Source: Carcharhinus amblyrhynchos
Lineage: Eukaryota
DNA: 64,000 bases
Reading direction: 5' to 3'
Assembly: GCA_965287045.1 (NCBI GenBank)
Contig: OZ336893.1
Coordinates: forward strand, 3,348,001 to 3,412,000
In this document: piece after piece, positions 13,229 through 26,352 of the stretch
Position numbering within the stretch: the stretch's first letter is position 1
How the letters are laid out: every line of letters begins with the position of its first letter
The notes under the pieces: generated by a model
Databases searched by the model: none
Told to the model about the DNA's origin: nothing
What the model saw: only the letters and a program-made list of their open reading frames with translations
Position numbers and translations under genes: made by a program

Positions 13229-13854
13229 GTCAGTATAGCATGGGTGTCAGTATAGCAGTATACATGTCAGTATAGCATCCAGCTTCAGCTGTTCTTTAGA
13301 AGATCAAAGTGTTTCTATTCTTTCAGAGTGCAGAATGGAGATTTTTGAGCATTGAAGACCCATAATGGATGAGGTCACGTTTTTCACATGCCGTAAGATA
13401 GTCAAGGTTCATTTATCATAAAAACAGAAGCAAAAGGTTGAAGTGACAACAAATAAAGTACTTCATCATATGTATTACATATATGTTAGACTCTTAATTC
13501 CATGCTATCGGTGTCACAAAATCACCGTAACATCAGGCACGAATTCTACAATGGGGATGGGGCCTCCCCACTACCAGTGTAAAAGTCAAAGTAAAGTGTG
13601 AGCCCACTTGACCTGGTAGACCTGCCCTTCAACAATTTAAATGTTGTCAGAAAAGGTATGTGAGGAGCTAGAGAAACAGGGCAGTGGGGAAGGGGAGATG
13701 AGTGCAGGGGAATACCTGGGTACCCCCAATGAGCATAAAAGGCCTGGAAAGGAGGCACCAGGCAGGCAGGACACATAGTGCTTCCCCCATCTACCAGCCT
13801 ATTCCTAGAGCATCGAGGGGCTGTAGAGTTACAGCCATCATTCCTGAATGTAAT

Positions 13855-14185
13855 AGGATATAAAACATAGAATACATTATGGTATGTGAGGCCATTTGGT
13901 CCATGATGTCTGTGCTGGTCAAAAAAGGTCCATAAAATCTAACACCACTTTCAGCTCTTATTCTATAGTCCTACATTTTCTCAACTGAATATTCAAGCAT
14001 TTTTTAAATGCCACTGCTAACCTTTAAAGCAATGAGTTCCAGACTCCCACTACCCTTTGGGTGAAATATTTTTCCTCAACTCCCCTCCAGTTCTTCTGTC
14101 AATTACTTGAAATCTATATTCCTGTATTGACCATTCTGCTAAGGGAAATTAGTACTTCCAATCAAATCTAGGATCCATTATCATG
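13855..14185 (-). mobile_element. Old CR1 3' fragment
   Basis: gagttccagactcccactaccctttgggtgaaata = reverse complement of the FTQRVV..WN region, plus a degenerate tail. Confidence 0.6.
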
Positions 14186-14929
14186 AGCCTAAGCTGCTGC
14201 TAAATTTATATATCTCTGTTGGGGTATTGCATCAGCTTCAATAGAGGGCAAATGATTCAATGCACGTCTCACAGTGCTTTTAGTATCTGCATAGTATACA
14301 GTTCAGTAGTGGAGGGGAGATTCAGTGTCTTGAGGTAGCACTTTAAAAAACTGACATTACACTGGGGTATTTGGATTGAATTATCCCATGTTATTCACCA
14401 ATCTATGAGCTCTTAAGTTTAGATAAGAAATTTGAAGAGGTGTGAGGGCCACGGGCACAAATCTGTGAAGGAGTTGCTTCTGATATGTATAAGAATAGCA
14501 CAAGGTGTATGGAATAGTAAAAGCAGGAGATAACAAGTTAAGTAAGGATAAAAGGTACAATACAAAACAGTAAAGCATCACATTCATTCAGATTTGGGGG
14601 AAGAAACTGTCAATCCCCAAAAATGGACAGTGTAATCTCGCTGTTTGATTAACCTGTGCCTGTTGTTTCCAATGCAGGCAACAGACAAACCTCATGGTCC
14701 CCATTAATTTGTACTGTGGGGAGGGGAGGCGAAGGCTTAGGGGTTCATGAGGGTCCAACACCACTTAAAGCCGTCAACATATTTTAAAGGCAAGGTGCAT
14801 TCTGAACGTAGCACTTATTGAAAGTGGCTGCAATCTTTTCAGGCCTGCAAGAAAGATGACTAATGGCACAACGGGGAAGAGCAAATGTTCCAAAGTTCTC
14901 GGGCATTGCAAGAGAATGAATGACTAGTG

Positions 14930-16850
14930 CAGGAAAGTGTGACAAAAGAAACACAAGGCATACCTAAAAATGAGGTATCAACCTGCTGGACCTACAACTC
15001 AGGACTACTTGCATCCAACAGTGAAGGCAGCTTGCAACTGACAGAAATAAGTGATCCCACAACCAATCCATCAGGTCTAAGTTCTGCAGTCCTTCCACAT
15101 CCAGTAATGAATGGTGGTGGGCATTTAAACAACCAACAGGTTGGGAAGGCTACACAAATACCCCATCCTTAAAGATGGAGGGGCACAGCAGATCCTTGAA
15201 AAAGATAAAGCATTCGCAATCAGCTTCCACCTGAATTTGTGTGTGAATGATCCACCTTGGCCTCCTCCTGAGGTCCTAGCATCATAGTTGCCAGTTTTCA
15301 GCCAGTTTCATTCACACCACATGATTTCAAGAAACTGCTGAAGGCACTGGAAACTCAACAGCTATAGGTCCGGACAACATTCCAGCAATAGAGGACTTGT
15401 GCTCCAGAGTGAATTGTGCCCTTAGCCAAACAGATCCCTGACTGCTACAACACTGACCTCTACCAGAAAATGTGAAACATTGTTCAGGAATGTTCTGTCC
15501 ACAAAAATCCAACACAGCCAATCAGTCTACTCTTGATTATCAGCAAAGTAATAGATGGGGTCATCGACAGGGCTATTAAATAGCACTCATTCAACAATAT
15601 CCTGCTCACTGATGTTTAGTGTGGGTTCCGCCAGGGCCACTCAATTCTGGATATCATTACAACCTTAGTACAACATGGGCAGAAGAGCTGAACTCAAAAG
15701 TGAGGTGAGAGTGCCTGCCCTTGACATCAAGGCAGCATTTGACTGAGTGGGGAAGCAGCCTTAGCAAAACTGGAGTCAATGAGAGTTGGAGGAAACTCAT
15801 CACTGGTTAGAGTTATACCTGACACAAAGGAAAATGGCTGTGGTTGTTAGAGATCAATCGTCTCAATCCCAGGACATCATTGCAGGAATTCCTCAGAGTA
15901 GTGTCCTAGACCCAAACATTTTTAGCTGCTTCATCAATGATGTTCCCTTCATAATAAGGCCAGAAGTTGGGATGATTGCTGATGATCACACAATGCTCAG
16001 CCCTATTCACGAGTCCTCAGACAATGAAGCAATCTGTGCTCATATGAAGAAGAACTGGACAACAGTAACTCTTGAGCTGATAAGTGGTAAATAATGTTTG
16101 TGCCACACAAGTGCCAGACAATGACCATCTCCATCAAGAGAGATTTCTGCTGTCTCACTTTGACATTTAATGGCATTACCATCACTGAATTTCCTGCAAT
16201 CAACATACTTGGGATAACAACTGACCAGAAACTGAACTAGACCAGCCGTATAAATACTGTGGCGTCAGGAGCTGGTCAGCAATTAGGAAATCTGCAGAGA
16301 ATGATTTTCCAAAGCCTGCCCACCATCTTCAAGGCACAAGTCAGGAATGTAAGGAAATACCCTCCGTTTACCTGGACCAATGCAGCTCCAACAACACTCA
16401 AGAAACTCAACACCATCCAGGACAAAGCAGTCCTGAATGGTGCTTAATTAATACTGCATCCGCCACCTGCAACATTCACTCCCTCCACCACTGATGCACA
16501 GTGGCAGCTTTGTGTAGTATCCACAAGATGCACTGCAGCAACTCACCAAGGTTCCTTCAATCGCACCCACAGCCTCTACCACCATGGAGGACCAGGGCAA
16601 CTGATACATGGAAACACCACTGATTGGAAGTTTCCTTTCAAGCCACACAATATCTTGACTTGGTACTATATCACTGTTCCTTCACTGTCAAAATCCTGGA
16701 ACTTTCTCTCTGTGGGTATATCTACACTACACATACTTCAGCGGTTCAAGAAGGCAATTCACCACCACCTTTTCAAATGCAACTAGGGAACTGGTAATGA
16801 AAATACTGGCTTAGCCAGTGACATCCATGCCCTGCTAAAGAATAATTCCA
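14930..16850 (+). mobile_element. Old CR1-group LINE (family B)
   Basis: GIPQSSVLDPNIFSCFINDVP...IADD and KAQVRNV..YPPFTW; same tail as 1840-4570. Confidence 0.8.
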
Positions 16851-17660
16851 AAAAGGCCTTGGTGCAAGAGGTTGAAAATAAGTCAGAAATTTTTTTTATT
16901 ACTCCATCCTTAAAGTTATAAAGCCAATGCTCAGAGTGGACTGAGCAAACCCAAATCTATTCCTTGCTTGCTCCAAGAACCAAATTCAAAATCCAGTTGA
17001 ATCCAATTCATGATCCACATAAAAGACAACCAAGATCCAAGCTGATAAGATAAAGCATTGCCTCCATTTTGGGTTTGATCTGACGCTTGCTCTTAGTCAA
17101 CAAGCTCAGAAACAAAAGCAGCTAAGGGGTCCTTTATCCATAGGAGGCTCAAGAAAGAAGACCTGTATCCACAGAGCACCAGGAGCCTTCCAGATACACA
17201 TAGAAAGGCAGTGGGAGCAGACAGCGGGAGCAGCCAATGCCAGGTTTCTAGCCTTGGATGCGATGCTGTGAGATGGTTATCGACATCAAACAAATGGTCA
17301 TGGTCAATAAATTAATCTTCCAATGTCATATTTTACCAACTGCACATTTAGCCTCAGAGACTGCTCAATTCACTACACCCCAATTTCTCAACTATCAACA
17401 ATCTCTCTCAATCAGATCTCATACCTAACATTTATATAGTGTCATTTCACTCTCACATCCTAACACTGACACAAACCACACTTAATATATCTAACAGCCC
17501 TTCATACAGAACCAGATATTCAACCACGTCTAAGGAAGGACACACTTGCCTGAAAGGCTATAGACTGGAGGTTTGCAGGAATGGTTCTTGGGATGAGAGG
17601 CTGAGCAAATTGGGCCCATACTCTGCGGAGTTCAGGATGAGGTAATCCCATTGAAACATC

Positions 17661-18774
17661 CAAAGTTCTTTGCGCATTCTTCTTTTGTCTGCGTGGGTTT
17701 CCTCTGGGTGCTCCGGTTTCCTCCCACAGTCCAAAAATGTACAGGTTAGGTTGATGGGCGGCATGGTAGCACAGTGGTTAGCACTGTTGCTTTACAGCTC
17801 TAGGGTCCTGCGTTCGATTCCCGGCTCGGGTTACTGTCTGTGTGGAGTTTTGCACATTCTCCTTGCGTCATATACTGGAGATGAGGGGGTTGGGCTATGA
17901 AGAGAGACTAAATAGACTGGGTCTGTACTCGTTGGAGTTTAGAAGGATGAGGGGGGGATCTTATAGAGACATATAAGATAATGAAGGGGATGGATAGGGT
18001 AGAGGTAGAGAGATTCTTCCTGCTCAGAAAGGACAGCAGGGCTAGAGGGCACAGCCTCAAGATAAGGGGGGGGGTGCAGTTTAGAACGGAGTTGAGGAGG
18101 AACTTCTTCACTCAAAGGGTGGTGAATCTCTGGAATTCTCTGCCCGTTGAAGTGGTGGAGGCTACCTTGCTAAATATATTTAAGTCACGGGTAGATAGGT
18201 TTTTGGTAGGCAAGGGAATTAAGGGTTATGGGGAGAAAGCGGGAAAGTGGAACTGAGCCACGACAGATCAGCCATGATCTTATTGAATGGCGGGGCAGGC
18301 TCGAAGGGCTGGATGGCCTACTCCTGCTCCTATTTCTTATGTTCTTATGTTATGTTCTTATGTTCTTATGTCTGCGTGGGTTTCCTCCGGGTGCTCTGGT
18401 TTCCTCCCACAGTCCAGGTTAGGTTGATGGGCGGCATGGTAGCACAGCGGTTAGCACTGCTGCTTCACAGCTCCAGGGTCCTGGGTTCGATTCCAGGCTC
18501 AGGTCACTGTCTGTGTAGAGTTTGTACATTCTTCTCGTGTCTGCGTGGGTTTCCTCCGCGTGCTCCGGTTTCCTCCCATAGTCCAAAGATGTGCAGGTTA
18601 GGTTGATTGGCCATGCTAAGAAATCACCCCTTAGTATCCAGGGATGCGTAGGTTAGAAGCATTAGTGGGTATAATATGTAGGGATATGGGGGTAGGGCCT
18701 CGGTGGGATTGTGGACGGTGCAGACTCAATGGACCGAAGTGCCTCTTTCTGTACTGTAGGGTTCTATGATTCTG
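17661..18774 (+). mobile_element. Head-to-tail HE1 V-SINE multimer containing a CR1 insertion
   Basis: Three V-domains, two heads (gggcggcatggtagcacag) and one tail. Confidence 0.85.
17870..18369 (+). mobile_element. Young CR1 (family A) 3' fragment
   Basis: ORF 17981-18256 RNFFTQRVVNLWNSLP; (cttatgtt)n tail. Confidence 0.93.
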
Positions 18775-19619
18775 AAGAGGTTTGAAAGAGTGGACACTAA
18801 GAAGTTGTTTCTTCTAGCTGGGGAATCTAAAACAGGGCACAATTTCAGGCTTAAGGGCTAATCATTTAGGACTGAGATGAGGAGAATTTTTTTGAAAAGG
18901 CTGCGAACCTTTGGAAATCTATCCCTCAGGGGATTGTGAATGTTCCATTGTTAAGTATCGTTATGGCTGAGACAGACAGATTTTTTGTTTCAGGGAATCA
19001 AGAAATACGCTAAGCAGTGGAAAAGTGCAGCTGGGGCACAAGATCAGCCATGGTTGTACTAAATGACGAAGCAGGTTTGAGAGGCCATGCACTCTATTCC
19101 TGATCTTTATATTCTTATGATAGCCATATGATCCAAACAGACTGCACCACACTTGCTGACACACTTGCTTCTCTCTTGCAGGACAAGGTGGCTTTTAACT
19201 GATGCAAGATTTACCTAAGTGGCAGGGGATAAGGACAGCTACCCTGTCCTCATTTACCCTTTGGAGAAGATGCTAGTTGCCAATATTGCAGCAGCCAAAG
19301 CAGTGACAGGGAAAAAAGTATTGAAGGTGATTTCCCTTCATCTTTTAATCTCTCCTGATTTACAAACTTCAGGTGGTATAAGCATGCACTTCTTGTTTTC
19401 CATACATGCTGTTATCATAATCCTATCTTTGTGCATTTCTCCATTCAGCTGGTGAAGAATTACAACCAAAGGGTAGAAGAGAAACTAGAAAAGCAGGAAG
19501 ACAGCAATGAAGTAGAAACACATGCAGACATCAGTTCAGATGCCGTATTGCATGTACTTTAGAGGATAGCTTAAAGGTGGAATCTGCATGTGCTGATACA
19601 CTGGGCACGAGTATCTAGG

Positions 19620-19985
19620 GCTGGGATAGGGTAAAGGTAGAGAGATTCTTTCCACTTAGAAAGGAAACCAGAACTAGAGGGCACAGCCCCAAAATAAGGA
19701 GGGGGGGTGGGCAGTTTAGAACAGAGTTGAGGAGGAACTTCTTCTCTCAGAGGGTAATGAATCTCTGGAATTCTCTGCCCATTGAAGTGGTGGAGGCTAC
19801 TTCATTGAATACATTTAAGTCAAGGGTAGATAGATTTCTGATCGATAATGGAGTTAAGGGTTATGGGGAGAAAGCGGGAAAGTGGAACTGATCCACTTCC
19901 GATCAGCCATGATCTTATTGAATGGCGGGGCAGGCTCAAGGGGCTAGATGGCCTACTCCTACTCCTATTTCTTATGTTCTTATGG
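19620..19985 (+). mobile_element. CR1 (family A-like) 3' fragment
   Basis: Same ORF2 end and 3'UTR as the other family A copies. Confidence 0.9.
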
Positions 19986-20329
19986 AACAAGGTTAGTACA
20001 AGAGCCAGCTTGCTGGAGGATCAGATTGACTATTATTTCTGCTGTAATGGCAGAGCATCATTGGAGTGGCCTGCAGCAGGAGGTGGATTGATAGGCCTAT
20101 AGAAATGTTTTGTGCCTGGTAGGCATTCTGGAAAGTCTGCGCTCAATGTCAATGAGCAGGGAGGAGTCTGGAGCACGGGCAGAGAGCCTGGAACCCACCC
20201 TCAGTAGTGTGGAAGTGGTTACAATATCCATGATAACATTTGCTGATCCATTCATGACTTACAAATTTGATCGTATGGTGGTGGGGGGGGTTGGATCCCA
20301 GTAAACTTTGTTTATTTAAGCAAATTCCA

Positions 20330-21680
20330 AAAATCTTTTGACAAGGGTACTACAGAAAAATCATCCCTACAAGATTGTATCTCAGATATCAGGGCATTAG
20401 CGATAATATATTGGTCTGGATTGTGGTTGGCTTGTAGATCAGGAAGTAGTTAAAGACGTCTTTGGATTTCTTTGGAGACCTGTTGCCAGCAGTGTTCCAT
20501 TGGACCCAACACTGAGCTGTTGCTCTTTACTTTTTTTAATTAATGGTCTAGTTGTAGGTGTAAAATTGTAAAAAATATACAAACATCATGTGGGAATGTT
20601 AGGAATGTAGATGGTGCTCAGGTAGGTCTTGATGTGTTGGGAGATTAGGTTTTTGTATGATCAGTGAAATTTAATTTGGAAAAATGCAGCATTTCACGCA
20701 TGTGGGCAGTTGAATGCTAAACATAAATACACCTCCAAGGAAAAGCATTAGAACATAAGAACATAAGAAATAGGAGCTAGAGTAGGCCATCTAGCCCTTC
20801 GAGCCTGCCCCGCCATTCAATAAGATCATGGCTGATCTGTCGTGGCTCAGTTCCACTTTCCCGCCCTCTCCCCATAACCCTTAATCCCCTCGCTTATCAA
20901 AAACCCATCAACCCGCGCCTTAAAAATATTTAGCAAGGCAGCCTCCACCACTTCAACGGGCAGAGAATTCCAGAGATTCACCATCCTTTGAGTGAAGAAG
21001 TTCCTCCTCAACTCCGTTCTAAACCACCCCCCCCTTTATCTTGAGGCTGTGCCCCCTAGTCCTACTGTCCTTTCTGAGCAGGAAGAGTCTCTCCACCTCT
21101 ATCCTATCCATCCCATTCATCATCTTATATGTCTCAATGAGATCTCCCCTCATTCTTCTAAACTCTAACAAGTACAAGCCTAGTTTATTCAGCCTCTCCT
21201 CATAGCTCAACCCCCTCAATTCCGGCATCAGCCTAGTAAACCTCCTCTGCACTCCCTCCAAGGCCAAAATATCCTTGCGTAAGTGCAGCGACCAAAACTG
21301 CACACAGTACTCCAGCTGCAGCCTCACCAGTGTCCTATACAGCTGCAGCAAGACCTCCCTACTTTTATATTCAATCCCCCTCGCTATGAAGGCCAGCATC
21401 CCATTAGCCTTCCTGACCACCTGCTGCACCTGCAGGCTGGGTTTTTGCGACTCATGCACAAGGACCCCGAGGTCCCTCTGCACCTTCGCCTGCTGCAGTT
21501 TTTCGCCATTAGAGCTGCAGGAGAACAGAAAAAGAGATCTGCGTGTTCTAGTGCATAGATCTCTAAAGAAGCAATGCTGTGAAGCATCAATTAGGGTGAG
21601 ACGAAAACTATTTTATCCTTGCATCCTTGGTCAGGCTTGAGTGAGAGTATATATCCGGTTTAGGTCTTCTCGTGTATATC
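20330..21680 (+). mobile_element. Very old CR1-like RT remnant split by a young CR1
   Basis: Degenerate F.K.FDK / SSVP.GP / KFNL.KC motifs; continues after 21513. Confidence 0.5.
20753..21506 (-). mobile_element. Young CR1 (family A) with 7-bp TSD cattaga
   Basis: ORF 21019-21483 is nearly identical to 7820-8761; cattaga at 20746-20752 and 21507-21513. Confidence 0.94.
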
Positions 21681-21699
21681 AACAAAAAGCAGAAGAAAT

Positions 21700-22898
21700 C
21701 CTATCTAGCCAATTATTGTCCCCTTAATCCATTCTCAATCATCAGTAATCAATCTCATGGAGGATGTAATTGACAATGGTGTCAACTGGTACTTATTCAC
21801 TAACAACCTGCTCAGTCAAGTTTCTGCTAGAATGACTTGGCTGCAGGTCTCCTTACAGCTTGGGTCCAGAATCAAATGCTAGAGATGAGGGGAAAGGAAC
21901 TGGCCTTGTCTCCAAGGCAATATTTGACCCAATGTTGCATCAAGAAGCCCTTGTAAAATTGAAGTCAATGGGAATCGAGGAAAAAACTTTCCACCGGTTG
22001 GAGTCTCATTTAGTATGAAAAATGCTGGTTGTGACATGTCCAAGTATAATCATCTTCAGCTCAATGATCTTCCCTCCATCATAAGGTCAGAAGTAGGGAT
22101 GTTCACTGATAATTGCAGTTTTAGTTTCATTGACAACTCCTCAAATAATGAAGCTATTAACATCTGGACATTATTCAGGCTTGGTTTGTAACATTTGCGA
22201 CACAAGTGCCAGGCAATGACAATCTCGAACAAGAGAGAATCTAACCATCTGCCCATGATATTCAACAGCATTACTATCACTGAATCCCCTACTATCAACA
22301 TCCTGGATGTGATGTGAAAGGGTCAACAATGACCAGAAACATTAGTGGACCAGCCGCAGAAATACTGGGACAAAGGAACAGGCCAGAGCTCAAGTAACCC
22401 ACTTCCTGATTCCAGAAAGCATTTTCACCATCTACAAGGAACAAGTTAGGCGTGTGATCGAACAGCTGGGTGAAGCTCCAAAAACATCTTGAAACTATCC
22501 AGGATAAAGTAGCCTAATCCCTTAGTTACCAACTTAAAGACTTGCTCTGTCCACCACCACTCCAAGTGGCAGCAGCATGTACAATCTAAAAGATGCACTG
22601 CTGTAACCCATCAAGGCTTCTGTGACAGTACCTTCTAAACCTATATCCTCTACCACCTAGAATGGCAAGGGCAGCAGAAACATGGGAACACTACCACTTG
22701 CAAAATTACACACCAACTTGGCTCAGAACTACATCGCCATTCTTCCAATGTTGCTGAATCAAAATCCTGGAGCTCCATTCATAAAAGCACTGAAGGTGTA
22801 ACTAAACATGCAGACTGCAGTGCCTTTCACCACTTTCTTGGGGTAATACGGGATGGACAATAAAGGCTGTCTTGTCAACAATGCTCATATCATGTGAA
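21700..22898 (+). mobile_element. Old CR1-group LINE (family B)
   Basis: Homologous to 3450-4570 and 15500-16850, including the tail. Confidence 0.75.
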
Positions 22899-22899
22899 T

Positions 22900-23380
22900 G
22901 GGTTTAATTTTTACCTTCATCCCATTTCCATTTGTTTTACTTTATTTTGTTTCTTACCATTCATCCATTTTATCATCCTTCTTTCTCATCTCCATTTTTC
23001 CACTTTCCACTCCAGCTCTCCTTCTTGCACCCATCCTGGCAATCCTTTAACAATCTGCACCTCTGTCCTGCTATTCTCGCATTCTGATCACTGAATGAAC
23101 ACTTTTTAGCACCTTCTCAGCCTTTTATATTTCTGTACCCTCATTTACATTCCCTTTGTCCCATTCCAGCCACACCCTGCCCCACATCCATCCCCCGAAC
23201 ACCCCATGCTCATCAAGTTTTACTGACTCTCTTTGCTCTCAGCTTTGACAAATGGTCATCCAGACTTGAAACATTGGCTTTATTCTCTTCCCACAGATGT
23301 TATCAGACCTGCTGAGATTTTCCAGCATTTTCTGCTTTTGTTTCAGATTCCAGCATCTGCAGTATTTCGCTTTTACATTG
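22900..23380 (+). mobile_element. Penelope-like element terminal region with decayed hammerhead motif
   Basis: Pyrimidine-rich segment, then ttgacaa..gtcatccagacttgaaac and cacagatg..agacctgctgag..ttccagcatttt; homologous to 60455-60950, which is linked to a GIY-YIG domain. Confidence 0.7.
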
Positions 23381-23691
23381 CTCAGCAAGTGCCACTTGCT
23401 CTTAATGACCACATTCATCATTTAACGATGACTGAGAGGTTGGTATTGTTGAGGTTTTTGAAAGGATACAGAGAAGTGGTACTAGATTAATTCCAAGCAA
23501 ATGAAGAAAAACATCTTTGTTACTCATAAACATACAGATGGAGCTGAGGAGGTATCATGTAGAGGTGTGTAAGATAATGAGGTGAATAAGGGAATTTGCT
23601 TAGTTTGAATTAATAGTTAAATATTAGAAGTGGATACATTAAAACTTGTATGAAGTCAGATCTAGGTGAGGTGTCTGCAGAAGGTTCAATT

Positions 23692-23882
23692 AGAACATAG
23701 AACATTACAGCGCAGAACAGGCCCTTCGGCCCACGATGTTGCGCCGACCAATTAAGAAAAAAGCAATGACCCTCTAACCTAAACCAATCCCTTTCCATCC
23801 ATAAACCTATCCACGGACCTCTTAAACGCCCCCAAACTAGGCGCATCTACAACTGCAGCAGGCAGGGCATTCCATTCCCCCA
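23692..23882 (-). mobile_element. Short HER1-like CR1 3' end
   Basis: Near-identical to 9855-10045. Confidence 0.92.
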
Positions 23883-24974
23883 CCGCCCAATTCCCAGAGA
23901 AGAGTGGATTTCTGGAAGAGGTTGCCCCTTCAGAAGAGAACTAAATCTCTTTCTGGTTGGGTGAAGATGATCTGGTGAAAAAGGTAGGTACGGCATTGAG
24001 TTGTCAAGGTTAGTGTTGTAGTGTGGACTTGGTTTGGTCACCTCGTGAGTATCAGAGAGGAATTTACTAATCAGGCCTAATTTAAAGACAACTGGAAATT
24101 TGTTCTTGCTTGTATTTTGCTGTCACACAAGTTGATTATAGACATCCACCCTGCCCAACCACCACCCTCCTGAAATCATCACAAAGAGAGAGGCCATTGG
24201 AGTGGTGCAAGCTCCACACCTGACCCACATCTGACTTAACTACTCTAATCGCTTTCTCCTGCCATTCTTTATTCTGTACAGTCTAATTGTGCACTTGTAC
24301 TATTCAGTTCAAGAAAGCTCTTTGATTTCTGGCAACTTAAGAATGTCAGACATATCCTTAACTTAACTTTAATTGTTTTTGTTCAATGTGACTTGGTTCA
24401 CGGTTTGCTAATAGTTGTAATGACAGGTTGAGACTGCATCATTAGTTTACTAAATTAGGAATGAGTCTTGTTGGCTTTTTCAAAGCTTTGATTGATTTAG
24501 TATTTGTCATGCTCTGTGGGCGTTCATTCTGTAAATTCACAATTTAAACTGTGAAGGAGATATGCTTTATTTTTGTGTTCTCTTCTAAGCAAAAAAAAAA
24601 AATTCCTCAGGTCCTTTTTCAAAGCTTTTCCAAATAGGGAACACACACTCTTGTTATGTTGCACCGTTCCTAACCTATCGCTGCCATGTGGTTTCCGGAT
24701 ATTAAAGCTTACATGATACTTCCAGCCTTCACTATAACAATTCCATGTGTTGTACACAGGTGGTCACATTTCTCCATGACTGTACTTTACATGGCAGTCT
24801 GCAACTTGTCTTGGTGACATCATTCATCTGTATTGTTCTCTGCTGGGTGAAAGTCATGGTGACTTTCAGTTGGTTGTTTACCCTGAGCATGCAGCACAAT
24901 TTTCCAATTGTACAGTTCAAAATGGGAAGTCAGTTGAGCTTGCGATTCCTGAAAATTCAGTCATCCTCAAAGAC

Positions 24975-25376
24975 CTCATGGGTTTGTATTCGTTGGAGTT
25001 TAGAAGGATGAGGGTGGCTCTTATAGAGACATATAAGATAATGAAGGGGATGGATAGGGTAGAGGTAGAGAGATTCTTCCCACTTAGAAAGGATAGCAGG
25101 ACTAGAGGGCACAGCCTCAAGATAAGGGGGGGTCTTCTTCACTCAAAGGGTGATGAGTCTCTGGAATTCTCTGCCCGTTGAAGTGGTGGAGGCTACCTCG
25201 CTAAATATATTTAAGTCACAGGTAGATAGGTTTTTGATAGACAAGAATTAAGGGTTATGGGAGAAAGCGGGAAAGTGGAACTGAGCCACTTCAGATCAGC
25301 CATGATCTTATTGAATGGCGGGGCAGGCTCGAAGGGCTAGATGGCCTACTCCTGCTCCTATTTCTTATGTTCTTAG
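24975..25376 (+). mobile_element. CR1 (family A) 3' fragment
   Basis: GLYSLEFRRMR..LIETYKIM and family A tail; ~290 bp from the exon at 25666. Confidence 0.92.
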
Positions 25377-25665
25377 AAATGGGGTCTTTATAAATTTTGA
25401 GCCATTCTAAGGGACCCTGGAGTAAGGCAATTAGGTATAAACATTACTCTTGAAATCAATCTGATCGGTTTCAAATGAATATTGAGGAATTTTAATTAAC
25501 AGAATTACAAACGAGAAAATAAACTTTACAGACAGTAAAAAGATAGTTGACAGGTGCAGTGTAGTGGTCATTTCAAATGTGACATTCAATATCACAAAAT
25601 AAAGTGCAAGCTAAACAAAATAAAATATGTCACATTACAGTAAAAACACAAAAGTCAATACCTAC

Positions 25666-25751
25666 CCAGCTCGCTGCTTTTTGGACTTATCTGAAATTCC
25701 ATCACGGGACATAAGTTTGTTGAATACTATGATCCCAATGAGCATGTTTAC
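25666..25751 (-). CDS. ADGRB2: ADGRB coding exon, TM5-ICL3: [28 protein letters not shown](G)
   Basis: 86-nt exon, acceptor tttacaag|GTAAAC, donor GCTGG|gtaggt. As I recall the paralogs, [23 protein letters not shown] is diagnostic of BAI2 rather than BAI1 or BAI3. Confidence 0.93.
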
Positions 25752-25983
25752 CTTGTAAATGAAAACCAAGAGTAAGGAGGCAATGCATTTCAGACAGTTC
25801 TAATCAAGAAGCATTTCTCACAATTGAAGCGAAGTCCACATTTTCTCCAGGGGAAAACAAAATTAAGCTCATTCAGGCTTTAATTCAGTTTACAAAAATT
25901 GCATTGCTCTGCGTCACTTGAAGATTTGACAAACATGTTGTGTTCTGGAGAATCATCAGTTTGTAATGTAATGTGCGAGAGTA

Positions 25984-26352
25984 GGAGGCGGTGGTAGTAG
26001 TATTGTTATTGGGCTTGTAATCCAGAGACTCAAGGCAATGCTCTGTAAACCTGGGTTTCATTCAGTCAATGGCAGATGGTAAAATTTGAATTCAATAAAA
26101 ATCTGAACTTAGAAGTCTAATAATGACCATGAAACCGTTGTTAAAATTGTCATAAAAACCCATCTGCTTAACTAATGTTCTTTAGGGAAGAAAATCTGCC
26201 ATCCTTACCTGGTCTGGCCTACATGTGACTCCAGTCCCACAGCAATGTGGTTGATTCACAAATGCCTTAGCAAACCACTCAGTTCAGTGGCAATTAGGAA
26301 TGGGCAATGAATGCTGGCCCAGCCAGCCACATCCACATCTAATTAATAAATA
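25984..26352 (+). mobile_element. tRNA-derived SINE sharing its 3' tail with LINE family B
   Basis: Core ccttacctggtctggcctacatgtgactccag; tail ggcaattaggaatgggcaatgaatgctggcc; second copy at 51645-51895 (-). Confidence 0.75.

Larger units (their letters stand above)
17555..19120 (+). mobile_element. Old CR1 3' region, split by a SINE array and a young CR1
   Basis: RT C-terminal sequence at 17555-17660 resumes at ~18775 and ends in a CR1 tail at ~19120. Confidence 0.7.
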
